This document shows positions 30,902 through 40,269 of a stretch of DNA of 64,000 nt, one piece after another. The stretch is from assembly GCA_963812015.1 (NCBI GenBank), contig CAWETI010000002.1:1120001-1184000 (forward strand), given 5' to 3'. A program made the position numbers and the translations under genes. Source of the stretch: an uncultured delta proteobacterium. GTDB taxonomy: Bacteria > Desulfobacterota > Desulfobaccia > Desulfobaccales > 0-14-0-80-60-11. The notes below the pieces were generated by a model. That model did no database searches. It had not been told where the DNA came from and was given only the letters and a program-made list of their open reading frames with translations. Every line of letters starts with the position of its first letter. Within the stretch, counting starts at the first letter, position 1.

Positions 30902-33229
30902 TTAAGAGATAACTGCGGTCGGTGCCGGCCCTGCCTGCTCCTGGCCGGCCGCTTCGGCCTCCGGGCCTGAAATAATGGGAAGGTAAACGGTAAACGTCGT
31001 GCCATGCTTCTCGGGATATTCATCGGCGGGGTAGCTGGTGAAGATGATGTTGCCCCCGAATTTCGTAATAATGCCGTAGCTCATGGACAGGCCCAGGCCG
31101 GTGCCTTCCCCGGTCTTCTTGGTGGTGAAGAAGGGGTCGAAGATCTTGGGTTGGGCTTCCCGGGGGATACCGTTGCCGGTATCGGTGAATTCAATGGCCA
31201 GCCGTTTGCCATCAGGGACCAGATGCGTGGTGATGCGCAGCAGGCCGCCACCTTTCATGGCATCCCGGGCGTTGTTGATCATGTTGATAAACACCTGCCG
31301 GAATTCCTGCGGGTCTCCTTTGGCCAAAGGCAGGTCCGGGGCCAGGTTGGATTCCAGGCGGATCTTTTTGGTCAGCAGGGTATTCTTCACCACCTCCAGG
31401 GTCTTTTGGAGGATGCTGTTGATATCGGATTGGGTTTCGGTGCGTTCCGGGGTGCGGGCGAAGGTCAGGAGGTTTTCGATAATTTTTTTGCACCGGAGCC
31501 CTTCGTCTTCGATGACCTGGAGGGTCTCGTGAATCTCGGGCAGGGAGTCCGTCTGTTCCAGGAGGTGCTCGGTGAATCCCAGGATCACCGTCATGGGATT
31601 ATTGATTTCATGGGCCACCCCGGCGGCCAGGGTGCCGATGGAGGCCAGTTTCTCCATGTTGATCATCCGGTCTTCAATGGCCTTACGCGCCGTGATGTTC
31701 CGGGAGATGATCTCATAGGCGAAGATTTTGCCCTGTTCGTCTTTTACGCCCACGATGCTGGTGGAAAACCAGAATTCCTGGTCGCTGATGGTCACCCGAT
31801 GGCGCTTACTCTGGACCCGGCCGGTCTCCTGCACCTCCTTAATCCATTCCAGGTGAAAGTCAGCAGATTTCGGCGCAAAGATATCATTGAGGGTGCGGTT
31901 GATGAAATCTTGGGGATTGGCCTCGACCTCGGGTTGGTGCGGAAAGGGCGAAGACGACAGGGCCTGGGCGAAAAAGTTGGCGGCGTAGCGGTTGATGGAC
32001 AGGAGGCGGCCGTCGGCGTCCACGCTGTAGATCAGGTCGGCGGCGTTTTCCACCAGGCCCTGGTACCGGGCCTCGGATTTGTGCAACTTTTCCTTCTGCC
32101 GGTTCACTTCTTCCGCCAGGCTGGAGGAGAATTGCTGCTCGTAGCGGAAGTTGAGCATGACGATGGTGCCCGACAGGACCACCAGGCCGATGATCACCTG
32201 GAGGTAGAACTGCCGGGTATAGAGGGTGTGGATCACGCCCTCTACTTCGCTGGCCGGAGCCACCACCGCCACCGACCAGGAAAGTTCGGGTTTGCTGTCC
32301 TGGACCAGATTTTGCTCTTCCAATTTTACCGGGGCATAGGCAATGAGCTTCTCAATGGTATGCCCGCTCCCCATGATGCCCCGGTGCCACCCGGACGTAT
32401 AAGTGCCCAAGCCTTCCTTCCCGGCCAGCATTTTTTCCCGTTGGATCTGATTGATGGCGTCGAAAGAAATGGCCGGCATCCGCTCTTTACGCACCGTAAA
32501 GGCGTTTTTACCGATGAAATCGCGTTCCGGATGCGTCAGGAAGATGCCCTGATTGTCCATGATCCAGGCATACCCGGTCTTGCCGCTTTGAATCCCCTGG
32601 GTGAATCTCTGGGCCAGCTGATGGGCATCGATATAAAAGACCAAGACGCCGGCGAAGGCCCCCGATGGGTGGGGATGGGATTCGTCCACGGACATCTGGT
32701 AGGTCGGCACCGCCATGGCGAAGATGAGTCGGCCGACGTAGTGGGGAATCTCGGCGGACACCGGCATCACCAGGATCTGGCCTTTGTGTTCCGGCTGGCT
32801 GGCCCACGTGAGGTAGGGGGCATCTTTGAAGGAACCGGTGGTGATCTGATCTACGCCCCGGCTGTCCAACTGGTAAGCCCGGTCGCCGTTGGGGGTGATG
32901 CGCAGGATTTCCACCACGCCCTCTTCCCGGACGGACGCCAGGGTGGCGCGCATGCGGTTGGCCCAGGACAGGGGTTCCAGGTATTGCATGGAAGGAGAGA
33001 AGTCGAGGGTGCTCAACTCCCGCTTGAGGAAGTTGATATTCTGCTCCAGGAGACTGGCGGTGTGTTTGGCCAGCACCAGTTGCTGCTGGTTGAAGTCTTC
33101 CTTGACGATCTCCTTCATCTGGTTGGCAGACTTGAGGCCCAGATAGATGCTGATCCCCAGCAGGGCGAAATTCACCGCCAGTAATAAAGCGAGAGCGTAG
33201 CGGGAGGCGAGAAACGGGAAACGGCGCAT
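30902..33229 (-). CDS. Membrane sensor histidine kinase (TM-Cache-TM-PAS-HisKA-HATPase)
   Basis: GYAWIMDNQG..LTHP (Cache), AGVAHEINNP, NARDAM, DTGNGI, FDPFFTTK, GTGLGL. Confidence 0.95.
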   Translation of the reverse strand: MRRFPFLASRYALALLLAVNFALLGISIYLGLKSANQMKEIVKEDFNQQQLVLAKHTASLLEQNINFLKRELSTLDFSPSMQYLEPLSWANRMRATLASVREEGVVEILRITPNGDRAYQLDSRGVDQITTGSFKDAPYLTWASQPEHKGQILVMPVSAEIPHYVGRLIFAMAVPTYQMSVDESHPHPSGAFAGVLVFYIDAHQLAQRFTQGIQSGKTGYAWIMDNQGIFLTHPERDFIGKNAFTVRKERMPAISFDAINQIQREKMLAGKEGLGTYTSGWHRGIMGSGHTIEKLIAYAPVKLEEQNLVQDSKPELSWSVAVVAPASEVEGVIHTLYTRQFYLQVIIGLVVLSGTIVMLNFRYEQQFSSSLAEEVNRQKEKLHKSEARYQGLVENAADLIYSVDADGRLLSINRYAANFFAQALSSSPFPHQPEVEANPQDFINRTLNDIFAPKSADFHLEWIKEVQETGRVQSKRHRVTISDQEFWFSTSIVGVKDEQGKIFAYEIISRNITARKAIEDRMINMEKLASIGTLAAGVAHEINNPMTVILGFTEHLLEQTDSLPEIHETLQVIEDEGLRCKKIIENLLTFARTPERTETQSDINSILQKTLEVVKNTLLTKKIRLESNLAPDLPLAKGDPQEFRQVFINMINNARDAMKGGGLLRITTHLVPDGKRLAIEFTDTGNGIPREAQPKIFDPFFTTKKTGEGTGLGLSMSYGIITKFGGNIIFTSYPADEYPEKHGTTFTVYLPIISGPEAEAAGQEQAGPAPTAVIS

Positions 33230-33236
33230 AGTCGGT

Positions 33237-35747
33237 TTATTTCTCCACGTGTTCCTGGACAAAGTCCTTGACGTACCAATCAACAATACTATCGGAAAAC
33301 AGCAACTTGTCCAGTTGTTTAACGTAAAAGGTGAGTTTCCCCACAATGGCTAAGCGCTGGGTAATTATTTCGGGAGAATATTTAGCCAACCGGGCTTGGA
33401 TAAACTCGCCGCGTTGTCGATGACTGAAATCCAGGTGGTCCAGAATGGCCTCGATGAGCCGGGCGCGATGTTCTCGATGTTCTGGGTTTGATGCCAAATT
33501 ATCGGCCTGGAACCCGAAGGCAATGTAATTGTCGTTCACCTGGTTCGAGACATAGGCCTCAACGGTGACGAGATCATGCTCCAGGTGGGTTCGGAAATTC
33601 ATATAGTTCTCGGATAACACGACCAGGCTTTGATCAGGCCCAGGGAGGGGGGCCGCACCGCCTTCGGCGCCTTCCTGGCGCGAGTGCAGGTCGGAGAGTC
33701 CCTGCCAGAAGGCCTGGAAGGGAAGGGACATGATCTGCTCCGGCTTGACCTTGCGCCCCCAGCCTTTTTTGAGACCGCCGCCCAGATCCAGAATCCGGAC
33801 CTGCAAGGGCGAGGCCCCCTCCAGGTCCACCACTTTTTTATCAGTCAGAATTTCATCCTTGGTCAGCCTGAACATCTCCCGCATGGAGAATTCGTGGGTA
33901 TAACGGATAATATCATGGAGGGTGCGACAGTTATCAGGCTTGAAGGAGGCCTCGTCCCGGGGATTAATCAGATTGAGGGGAACGACTTTCTTGACCGCGA
34001 CTTTCAAGGTTTGAAATATCTGACTGTTCCCCAACCCGTCACCTTGATCTCGCGGCTTCAAGAGTTCCGGTATCAGCCCATCATACACATTACCGTAATT
34101 AGCATCCACGGTGACCACCTGACCGGCCTGCAAGACCTGGGTGGCGACGCCGGTATCGAGGATAGTGGGAACCTGAAATTCCCGGGCCAGCAGGGCCATG
34201 TGTCCGGTGGGGCTGCCGGTGTCGGTCAAGATAGCTCCTGCCTTGGGCATCACCTGAACAAAACCGGGAGAAGTGTGTTTCGCCACCAGCACGCCGCCTT
34301 CGGGAAAATTTTCCAGGTCCTCCTTGCCCCGGATCAAAACTACCGGGCCGGAGGCCACGCCGCGAAATGCTACTACCCCCTGATCCAGGAGCAAAGCGCC
34401 TTGCTTCGGGGTCCTGGAGGTCGGTGGGCCAACTTTTGGCTGGGTGACCTGGAGCGGGTGACAGTTCAGCAACCAGAGTTGTTCATGCCAGTCCATGGCC
34501 CATTCCACCTGTTGCGCTTGATGATAATGGTCCTCCAGTGATTCGGCCCAGGCCAGAAGCTGATCAAGATGGCGGTCATGGAGACAGGGAGCCTGGAGAT
34601 AATCCCGATGCACCGGGACCTCTTCCAGTCCGGCATCAGGGCGGCAAACCCAGAGCATCGGCTTTTCGGCGATGACTGTCTCTTCCAGGCGCCCCCGTGG
34701 CTGGTAGGCCACCAGGTAACGATCCAGATCACCGGCATCAGGCGCAACGCCCTTACTTGCGCCCCAGCCAGCCAGCACCAGGGCCGCCTCCGGGGTGGAG
34801 CGGTGCGGGTGGTGCGTAAACAGGATGCCGCTGGCTTTCGCCTGGATCATGGGCATAACCGTCACGCCGCAGGCAAGATCCTCTTCTTTAAACCCTTTGT
34901 TATTATAGTAAAATACCGCCCGTGGGGGGAAGAGGCTGGCGAGAATTAGTTTATAGCGGGACTCCATCAATGAGGCCGGAATGTTGAGGTAACTAGCATA
35001 ACGGTCTGCAAAGGTGAAGGCCAGTTCTTCTCCCACCAGACTGGGGCGCATGGCTATCAACGGCTTTTGTTGGGTCAGGTCGGCCAGCCCCTCATAAGCT
35101 TCGTGCATGGCTTTTTGGAGTTCCAGGGGCACGGGAGCTGCCAGAATCATGTCCTTAATCTCGTTACTGGTCTGCTGGAGGCTCTCAAGGTCCTCCAGCC
35201 GCCGCTGTTGCAAATGCTCGGCAATCCGCTTGGTGAGGCGATTATAGTCCAAGAAGACTTTATAGGCATAAATAGAGATGGCAAAACCTGGTGGCACCGG
35301 CAGTTTAAGCACGGTTTGCGCTTCCCCGAGACGGGCGTTTCTCTGTCCCACGATGCCCACCGTCTGGGTATCAAGTTGGTCGAAGAATAAGACTAACGGC
35401 GCGGCGGGAATCTCGCTGCGAGGCTCCAGTACCGCCGCCAATTCGGCGCTGAGCCTCGCCCAGGTTTGAGATAGAGCTTGATAACGATTGTGCCCCAAAG
35501 CGTTGAGGGCCTCTACCATGAGATTGACGTGTTGCCGAAGTTGATTGACGGTAGCGCGAATGTATTGGACATCGAACAGATAATCGCCCGATAGCTTCTC
35601 TTCCATATCCGCCATCAGGGTCAAAACCTGGTTGTTGGCTGAGAGCAATGCCTGGAAACGGGTGTATTTTTCTGCCAGTTCCGACTTTGTCTTACCCGGC
35701 CTATCCCTGGTGAGACGTTGCCAGGCGCGCTTCAGGGCAGTCAGCAT
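33237..35747 (-). CDS. PEP synthase/PPDK-like protein B with degenerate ATP-grasp motifs and retained phospho-His
   Basis: Same architecture as A, but with GQRNARLGE, MRPSLVGEE..TFADRY, QQVEW and LNCHP. GSPTGHMALLARE is intact. Confidence 0.88.
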   Translation of the reverse strand: MLTALKRAWQRLTRDRPGKTKSELAEKYTRFQALLSANNQVLTLMADMEEKLSGDYLFDVQYIRATVNQLRQHVNLMVEALNALGHNRYQALSQTWARLSAELAAVLEPRSEIPAAPLVLFFDQLDTQTVGIVGQRNARLGEAQTVLKLPVPPGFAISIYAYKVFLDYNRLTKRIAEHLQQRRLEDLESLQQTSNEIKDMILAAPVPLELQKAMHEAYEGLADLTQQKPLIAMRPSLVGEELAFTFADRYASYLNIPASLMESRYKLILASLFPPRAVFYYNNKGFKEEDLACGVTVMPMIQAKASGILFTHHPHRSTPEAALVLAGWGASKGVAPDAGDLDRYLVAYQPRGRLEETVIAEKPMLWVCRPDAGLEEVPVHRDYLQAPCLHDRHLDQLLAWAESLEDHYHQAQQVEWAMDWHEQLWLLNCHPLQVTQPKVGPPTSRTPKQGALLLDQGVVAFRGVASGPVVLIRGKEDLENFPEGGVLVAKHTSPGFVQVMPKAGAILTDTGSPTGHMALLAREFQVPTILDTGVATQVLQAGQVVTVDANYGNVYDGLIPELLKPRDQGDGLGNSQIFQTLKVAVKKVVPLNLINPRDEASFKPDNCRTLHDIIRYTHEFSMREMFRLTKDEILTDKKVVDLEGASPLQVRILDLGGGLKKGWGRKVKPEQIMSLPFQAFWQGLSDLHSRQEGAEGGAAPLPGPDQSLVVLSENYMNFRTHLEHDLVTVEAYVSNQVNDNYIAFGFQADNLASNPEHREHRARLIEAILDHLDFSHRQRGEFIQARLAKYSPEIITQRLAIVGKLTFYVKQLDKLLFSDSIVDWYVKDFVQEHVEK

Positions 35748-35994
35748 TGCTTCCCATTTCCCCTATAAGAAAAAATTGCCATTTTAAATAAATAATAGCA
35801 AAGATTAGCCCAATTAGCCAGTTCGGTGAAGTTGGCGGCCGGGTAGTGGGGGCCCAGGCGGGGCCGGTCGAAAGGCAAGGGAATTATGAGGCAGGCTTAT
35901 CAGTTTAGGGTTTCCTTTTGAACAGGAATCTGATTACGTATAAAGTCACATACCTCGCAGCTACTGATCGTGGCACTTTTCCCGGAGTTACCGC

Positions 35995-37740
35995 ATGCTT
36001 AATAAGCTCAGCGCCTTTTTGCAACAGGTTATCCTCTTAACAGTACTCGGGTTGGTGTTGGTTTCGGGGACCCTGGCTGCGGCTCCCCCCGCCGGTCCCC
36101 CGGGAGAGCGCCTGGCCGTTTCGGGCCTCCTGAAAAACCCCCAGGGGAGGGCGGTGAAAGACGCGGAGGTGGAGTTCCTGGTTAACGGCCACCGGGTCAA
36201 ACCCCTGGGGGCAGAAGAGACGGTGACCACCGGCAAGTCCGGGGCCTTTGTGGCGGAATTGCAACTGCCCGCCGGCACCCTGCCGGGGGCCCGGGTGGAA
36301 GTCACGGCCAAGAAGCCCAGCTGGCGGGATCTTGCGGCCACCCCGGTGAAAGTGGTGGAGGCGGGCGTGGACGCCACCGGCAACCGGGTGTTTCAGGCCA
36401 ACCAGACCTTTACCCTGTACCGCCAGATCACCCCGGGCTTCTGGATCGCCTCGATCATCCTCCTCCTGGTGTATCTGTGCATCGCGTTCGAGTGGATGCA
36501 CCGGACCCTGGCCGCCTTGTTGGGCGCGGCCCTGATCCTGTTTATCACCTACACCCTGGGGATCTTTGACAAGTCTTATTTCATCATGTCCTTTGAGGAT
36601 GCCATGCGGGCCATCGACCTCAATGTCATCTTCCTCCTCATGGGTATGATGATCATCGTCGGGGTCACCAAGAAGACCGGCATGTTTCAGTGGCTGGCCT
36701 ACCAGGCCTATGCCCTGGCCCGGGGCAACGTCTTGGTCCTGGCGATCATCTTGATGTGGATCACCGCAGTGGTCTCGGCCTTCCTGGACAACGTCACCAC
36801 CATGCTCCTGATGATCCCGGTGACCATCGAGATCGCGGTCACCTTGAAGATCAACCCCATTACCCTGCTGGTGCCGGAGGTCTTTGCCTCCAACGTCGGC
36901 GGCACCGCCACCCTGATCGGCGACCCCCCCAACATCTTGATCGGCTCCTACGCCCATCTCACCTTCGGCGACTTTGTCACCAACCTGACCCTTGTCTGCA
37001 CCATCGGCATGGTGGTCACCGCCCTCTACTTTGTGTTTTGGTATAAGAAGGATTATCTCAAGGCCGAGGTCAAGGACGTGACCAAGACCATCGAATATCT
37101 GAGAGAAGAATACCGCATTACCGACCGGAAGCTGCTGATCATGTGCCTGGGTCTCCTGGGCTTCACCGTGTTGTTCTTCGTGGTCCACGGGGTGTTGCAC
37201 ATGGAGCCCTCCATCGCCGCCCTGACCGGGGCCATGCTGCTCGTGACCATTTCCCGGGTGGACATCGTGGAGATGCTGGAGCACGAAGTGGAGTGGCCCA
37301 CCCTGGTCTTTTTCATCGCCCTGTTCATGGTCATCGCCGGGGCGGAGGAGACCGGGCTAATCCAGATAATTGCGGAATGGGTGAAGTCCGTCTCCGGCGG
37401 CAACCTGACCATTGCGGTAATCATGGTCTTGTGGGTGTCGGCCATTGCCTCGGCCTTCATCGACAATATCCCGTTTACCGCTACCATGCTGCCCATCATC
37501 GCCTTCCTGAACCAGACCATCCCCGGAGCGGAGAGCGGGGTGCTGTGGTGGGCCCTGGCCCTGGGGGCCTGTCTGGGGGGCAACGGCACCATGATCGGGG
37601 CCTCGGCCAACGTGGTCACCGTGGGCATGGCGGAGAAGGCCGGCTACCATATCTCCTACCTGGAATACCTGAAGGCCTGTTTCGCGCCCATGTTGTTGAC
37701 CGTGGCCCTGGCCATGGGGTATCTGCTGATTGCTTATTGA
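35995..37740 (+). CDS. ArsB/NhaD (ion transporter superfamily) permease with an N-terminal periplasmic domain
   Basis: SAFLDNVTT, SNVGGTATLIGDPPN, SAFIDNIP, GGNGTMIGASAN; signal peptide plus a ~110-aa beta-rich extension. Confidence 0.92.
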   Translation: MLNKLSAFLQQVILLTVLGLVLVSGTLAAAPPAGPPGERLAVSGLLKNPQGRAVKDAEVEFLVNGHRVKPLGAEETVTTGKSGAFVAELQLPAGTLPGARVEVTAKKPSWRDLAATPVKVVEAGVDATGNRVFQANQTFTLYRQITPGFWIASIILLLVYLCIAFEWMHRTLAALLGAALILFITYTLGIFDKSYFIMSFEDAMRAIDLNVIFLLMGMMIIVGVTKKTGMFQWLAYQAYALARGNVLVLAIILMWITAVVSAFLDNVTTMLLMIPVTIEIAVTLKINPITLLVPEVFASNVGGTATLIGDPPNILIGSYAHLTFGDFVTNLTLVCTIGMVVTALYFVFWYKKDYLKAEVKDVTKTIEYLREEYRITDRKLLIMCLGLLGFTVLFFVVHGVLHMEPSIAALTGAMLLVTISRVDIVEMLEHEVEWPTLVFFIALFMVIAGAEETGLIQIIAEWVKSVSGGNLTIAVIMVLWVSAIASAFIDNIPFTATMLPIIAFLNQTIPGAESGVLWWALALGACLGGNGTMIGASANVVTVGMAEKAGYHISYLEYLKACFAPMLLTVALAMGYLLIAY

Positions 37741-37851
37741 GATCTCTGAAAATTGATTGAGAGAAAGGCGGAGAATTTTGTGAGGGATTACCAATGCTTC
37801 GGCTTGCAGGTTAGAGCGTTTGGCCAAACATGCATTCTGCCCATAATTTTT

Positions 37852-37943
37852 AAATCCCCCTAAATCCCCCTTTTTCAAAGGGGGACTGTAAAACCAATGC
37901 CTCATAATTCTCCCCGTTTCTCAAGGAGGGTCAAGGGGGATTT
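37852..37943. repeat. REP-like inverted doublet
   Basis: AAATCCCCCTAAATCCCCCTTTTTCAAAGGGGGAC and its imperfect inverse ...GGAGGGTCAAGGGGGATTT lie between convergent genes. Confidence 0.65.
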
Positions 37944-38009
37944 GGGTTTTCGAGACATCTAGGCTTCCGAAAAAACCCTTAGCATTCGCCATATCTTCAA
38001 GCACAACAA

Positions 38010-38038
38010 AGGCGGCTCCCCAATCAAGGAGCCGCCTC
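38010..38038 (-). terminator. Intrinsic terminator-like hairpin
   Basis: AGGCGGCTCC / GGAGCCGCCT stem, 30 bp after the USP stop, with a short T-tract on the minus strand. Confidence 0.6.
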
Positions 38039-38067
38039 TGTTCTGGAAACTACTTAGGTATGGGTGA

Positions 38068-38487
38068 TCAGTCTTGGGTTTTGACCACCAGGACCGAACA
38101 GGGTGAATAGGTCACCACCTTGGAAGCGGTGCTGCCCAGGAATGACCTGGTCTTGCCTGCCAGGCCACGGCTGCCGATGACGATGAGATCGGCCTGCTGG
38201 TCTTTGGCCACCTGGACGATCTCATCGGCGGGGGAGGCGCCGGTGATCAGGATCACCTCGGGGGTGACGCCTTGGGCCTGGGCCGCGTCCTTAGCTTTGG
38301 CCAGGGCAGCCTCGGCCTGGGCCTTCATCTTCTCGGCGATATAGACCCCTTCTTCCAACTCCGGGATCTCTATGCCCACTGCGGTTAAGACCACGGAGGA
38401 GGGCGCCTTGGCTTTGGCCAGGTCGCAGGCCGTTTCCACCGCTTTTAAAGAGTAAGCCGAACCATCCACGGGTACCAGGATCTTCAT
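38068..38487 (-). CDS. Universal stress protein (single domain)
   Basis: KILVPVDGS and ADLIVIGSRG...LGSTASKVV.YSPCSVLVVK. Confidence 0.93.
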   Translation of the reverse strand: MKILVPVDGSAYSLKAVETACDLAKAKAPSSVVLTAVGIEIPELEEGVYIAEKMKAQAEAALAKAKDAAQAQGVTPEVILITGASPADEIVQVAKDQQADLIVIGSRGLAGKTRSFLGSTASKVVTYSPCSVLVVKTQD

Positions 38488-38488
38488 G

Positions 38489-39523
38489 TTAGGCCCCTCC
38501 TTTGCCAGCATAGGCGGCCTTCTCGGCCTGTTCCTTCTTGAAGCCCTTCCACATTTTGATCATGATTACCAAACACATGCCCAAAGCGGCGCACATGACC
38601 ATCCATTGGGAGGCGGTGTTGAATTTGAACTGTTTCAGGGTCACCGAAATACCCGCCAGGATGATCATGATGGCAAAGAGCAGCCGGATGCCGTAGCCCC
38701 GGATGTATTTCACCGCGGTGACGCCGATCTGGGCGCCGATGGAAGCCCCGATGAGCATAAGGACCGCGGCGATGATCTCGACCCGCCCCTTGACGCCGTA
38801 GGTTAAACAGCCATACGCGCCGGAGAAGAGGACGGAGAAGAGGTCAGTGCCCACCGCAATGGCCGTGGGGCAGCCGATGAGGTAAATCAAGGCCGGCATG
38901 CGGATGAAGCCGCCGCCCACGCCGAGAAAGCCGGACAGCCAGCCGGTGAACAGGAAGACACCGGTGACGGTCCAAAAGGAAATGGTGATGCCCGAGGCCG
39001 GGAAGTGGATCATGGGGGGCAGTTGCCAACCTTTTTTCGGTTCCATAGCAACGCCGGTCCGGGCCGCGGCCGCCATCTTGGCGGCTTGGGCGGCGGCCCG
39101 CTTATCCTTGGTCATATAATCATAGAGCATGTAGATGCCCAGGCCAAAGAGCATAACCATGTAGGTATAGCGGACCACCGGGCCGGCCAGCCCTATCTTG
39201 GAGAGCCACATGACATTGCGGGCGCCGATCTCGACGCCGATGACCGAGCCCACGATGGACAACAGTCCCAGTTTCATGTCGACGTTGCCCATCTTGCGAT
39301 GCTTGGCAGTAGCCACGATGGATTTGCCGAAGATGTGCGCCAGGTCGGTGCCGATGGCGTAGGCCATGGGAAAGCCGAAGGCATTAAGGGCCGGGGTGAC
39401 CACCCAGGCGCCGCCGACCCCGAAGAATCCCCCCAGGACGCCCACCGAGAAACCGATGGCGATCAGCATCAGGGCGTTAAAGTGCATACCGGCAATGGGC
39501 AGGTAAATATCAAAGATACCCAT
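38489..39523 (-). CDS. TSUP (TauE/SafE sulfite-exporter family) membrane protein
   Basis: GFFGVGG..VTP, AIGTDL, GFLGVGGGFIRMP, AVGTDL. Confidence 0.92.
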   Translation of the reverse strand: MGIFDIYLPIAGMHFNALMLIAIGFSVGVLGGFFGVGGAWVVTPALNAFGFPMAYAIGTDLAHIFGKSIVATAKHRKMGNVDMKLGLLSIVGSVIGVEIGARNVMWLSKIGLAGPVVRYTYMVMLFGLGIYMLYDYMTKDKRAAAQAAKMAAAARTGVAMEPKKGWQLPPMIHFPASGITISFWTVTGVFLFTGWLSGFLGVGGGFIRMPALIYLIGCPTAIAVGTDLFSVLFSGAYGCLTYGVKGRVEIIAAVLMLIGASIGAQIGVTAVKYIRGYGIRLLFAIMIILAGISVTLKQFKFNTASQWMVMCAALGMCLVIMIKMWKGFKKEQAEKAAYAGKGGA

Positions 39524-39559
39524 AGAATATTTCTCCTATCGGATGCTTAATTGATGGTC

Positions 39560-39853
39560 CTATTCGTGGTGTTCGATCTTGTGGGTTTCCATGCCGATCA
39601 TCTTCAGGATGACGTCGGTGACCAGAGCGATGGTCAGGCCCAAGAGGCCCATCAATATGGTGACGATAAAGGCGTATACCCAAAGATTGTCATTGTACCA
39701 GTGGGCAAAAAAGTAATTGATGCCGCTCAAATTGGCGAGGTCAACCTGCCTCCCCAAATGTTCGGGGACATCCAGACCTTCACCGGCCCAGAGCAGGGTG
39801 CCAGGCACCGTCAGCAAGAACAGATTAAAGATGATTACGCATAGCCGTTTCAA
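39560..39853 (-). CDS. Small TSUP-associated membrane protein (resembles the DVU0150 family)
   Basis: Signal peptide, WYNDNLWVY, one TM helix, C-terminal KIEHHE. The family resemblance is from memory. Confidence 0.75.
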   Translation of the reverse strand: MKRLCVIIFNLFLLTVPGTLLWAGEGLDVPEHLGRQVDLANLSGINYFFAHWYNDNLWVYAFIVTILMGLLGLTIALVTDVILKMIGMETHKIEHHE

Positions 39854-39962
39854 TGTGGTTCACCCCCCTTCCATTAATGAATTTATGGTGATAGCTGCCG
39901 GTCGGGAACAGAGGCCGGCCAGACTACCTGTATGTAGTTTTTTTTACCTGCCGACTATACAG

Positions 39963-39977
39963 GCAATGCTCGTGCCA
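39963..39977 (-). promoter_or_regulatory. sigma54 (-24/-12) promoter of the small protein-TSUP-USP operon
   Basis: Minus strand TGGCACGAGCATTGC is an exact fit to TGGCACG-N4-TTGC, about 110 bp upstream of the start. Confidence 0.85.
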
Positions 39978-40269
39978 AGCCTTGAGGCGAGTATACCACC
40001 CTGATTAACTATATGGAAATTATTAAAAATCATTGGATGAGGGGAATTTTTCCCCGAAGGTTGGTGAATCTTCTCTGTCAGGATTTTTTACAGTCTGTAA
40101 AGCCGGTGAGAGGGTAGGGATCAACCAAAATAATCTAAAAATTTACCTGGGGAAAAATTTGCGGCTATAATCTATAATGTGGTGACCTCGCCGTTTAAAA
40201 GCTTACTTTTGAACTGATAACGTATTATCGTGCTTCAGATAGTTGGGGTAAATGCCACCGGGGAATTGT

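Noticed and set aside
31004..33184. 726-aa plus-strand ORF
   Set aside because: Antisense shadow of the histidine kinase.
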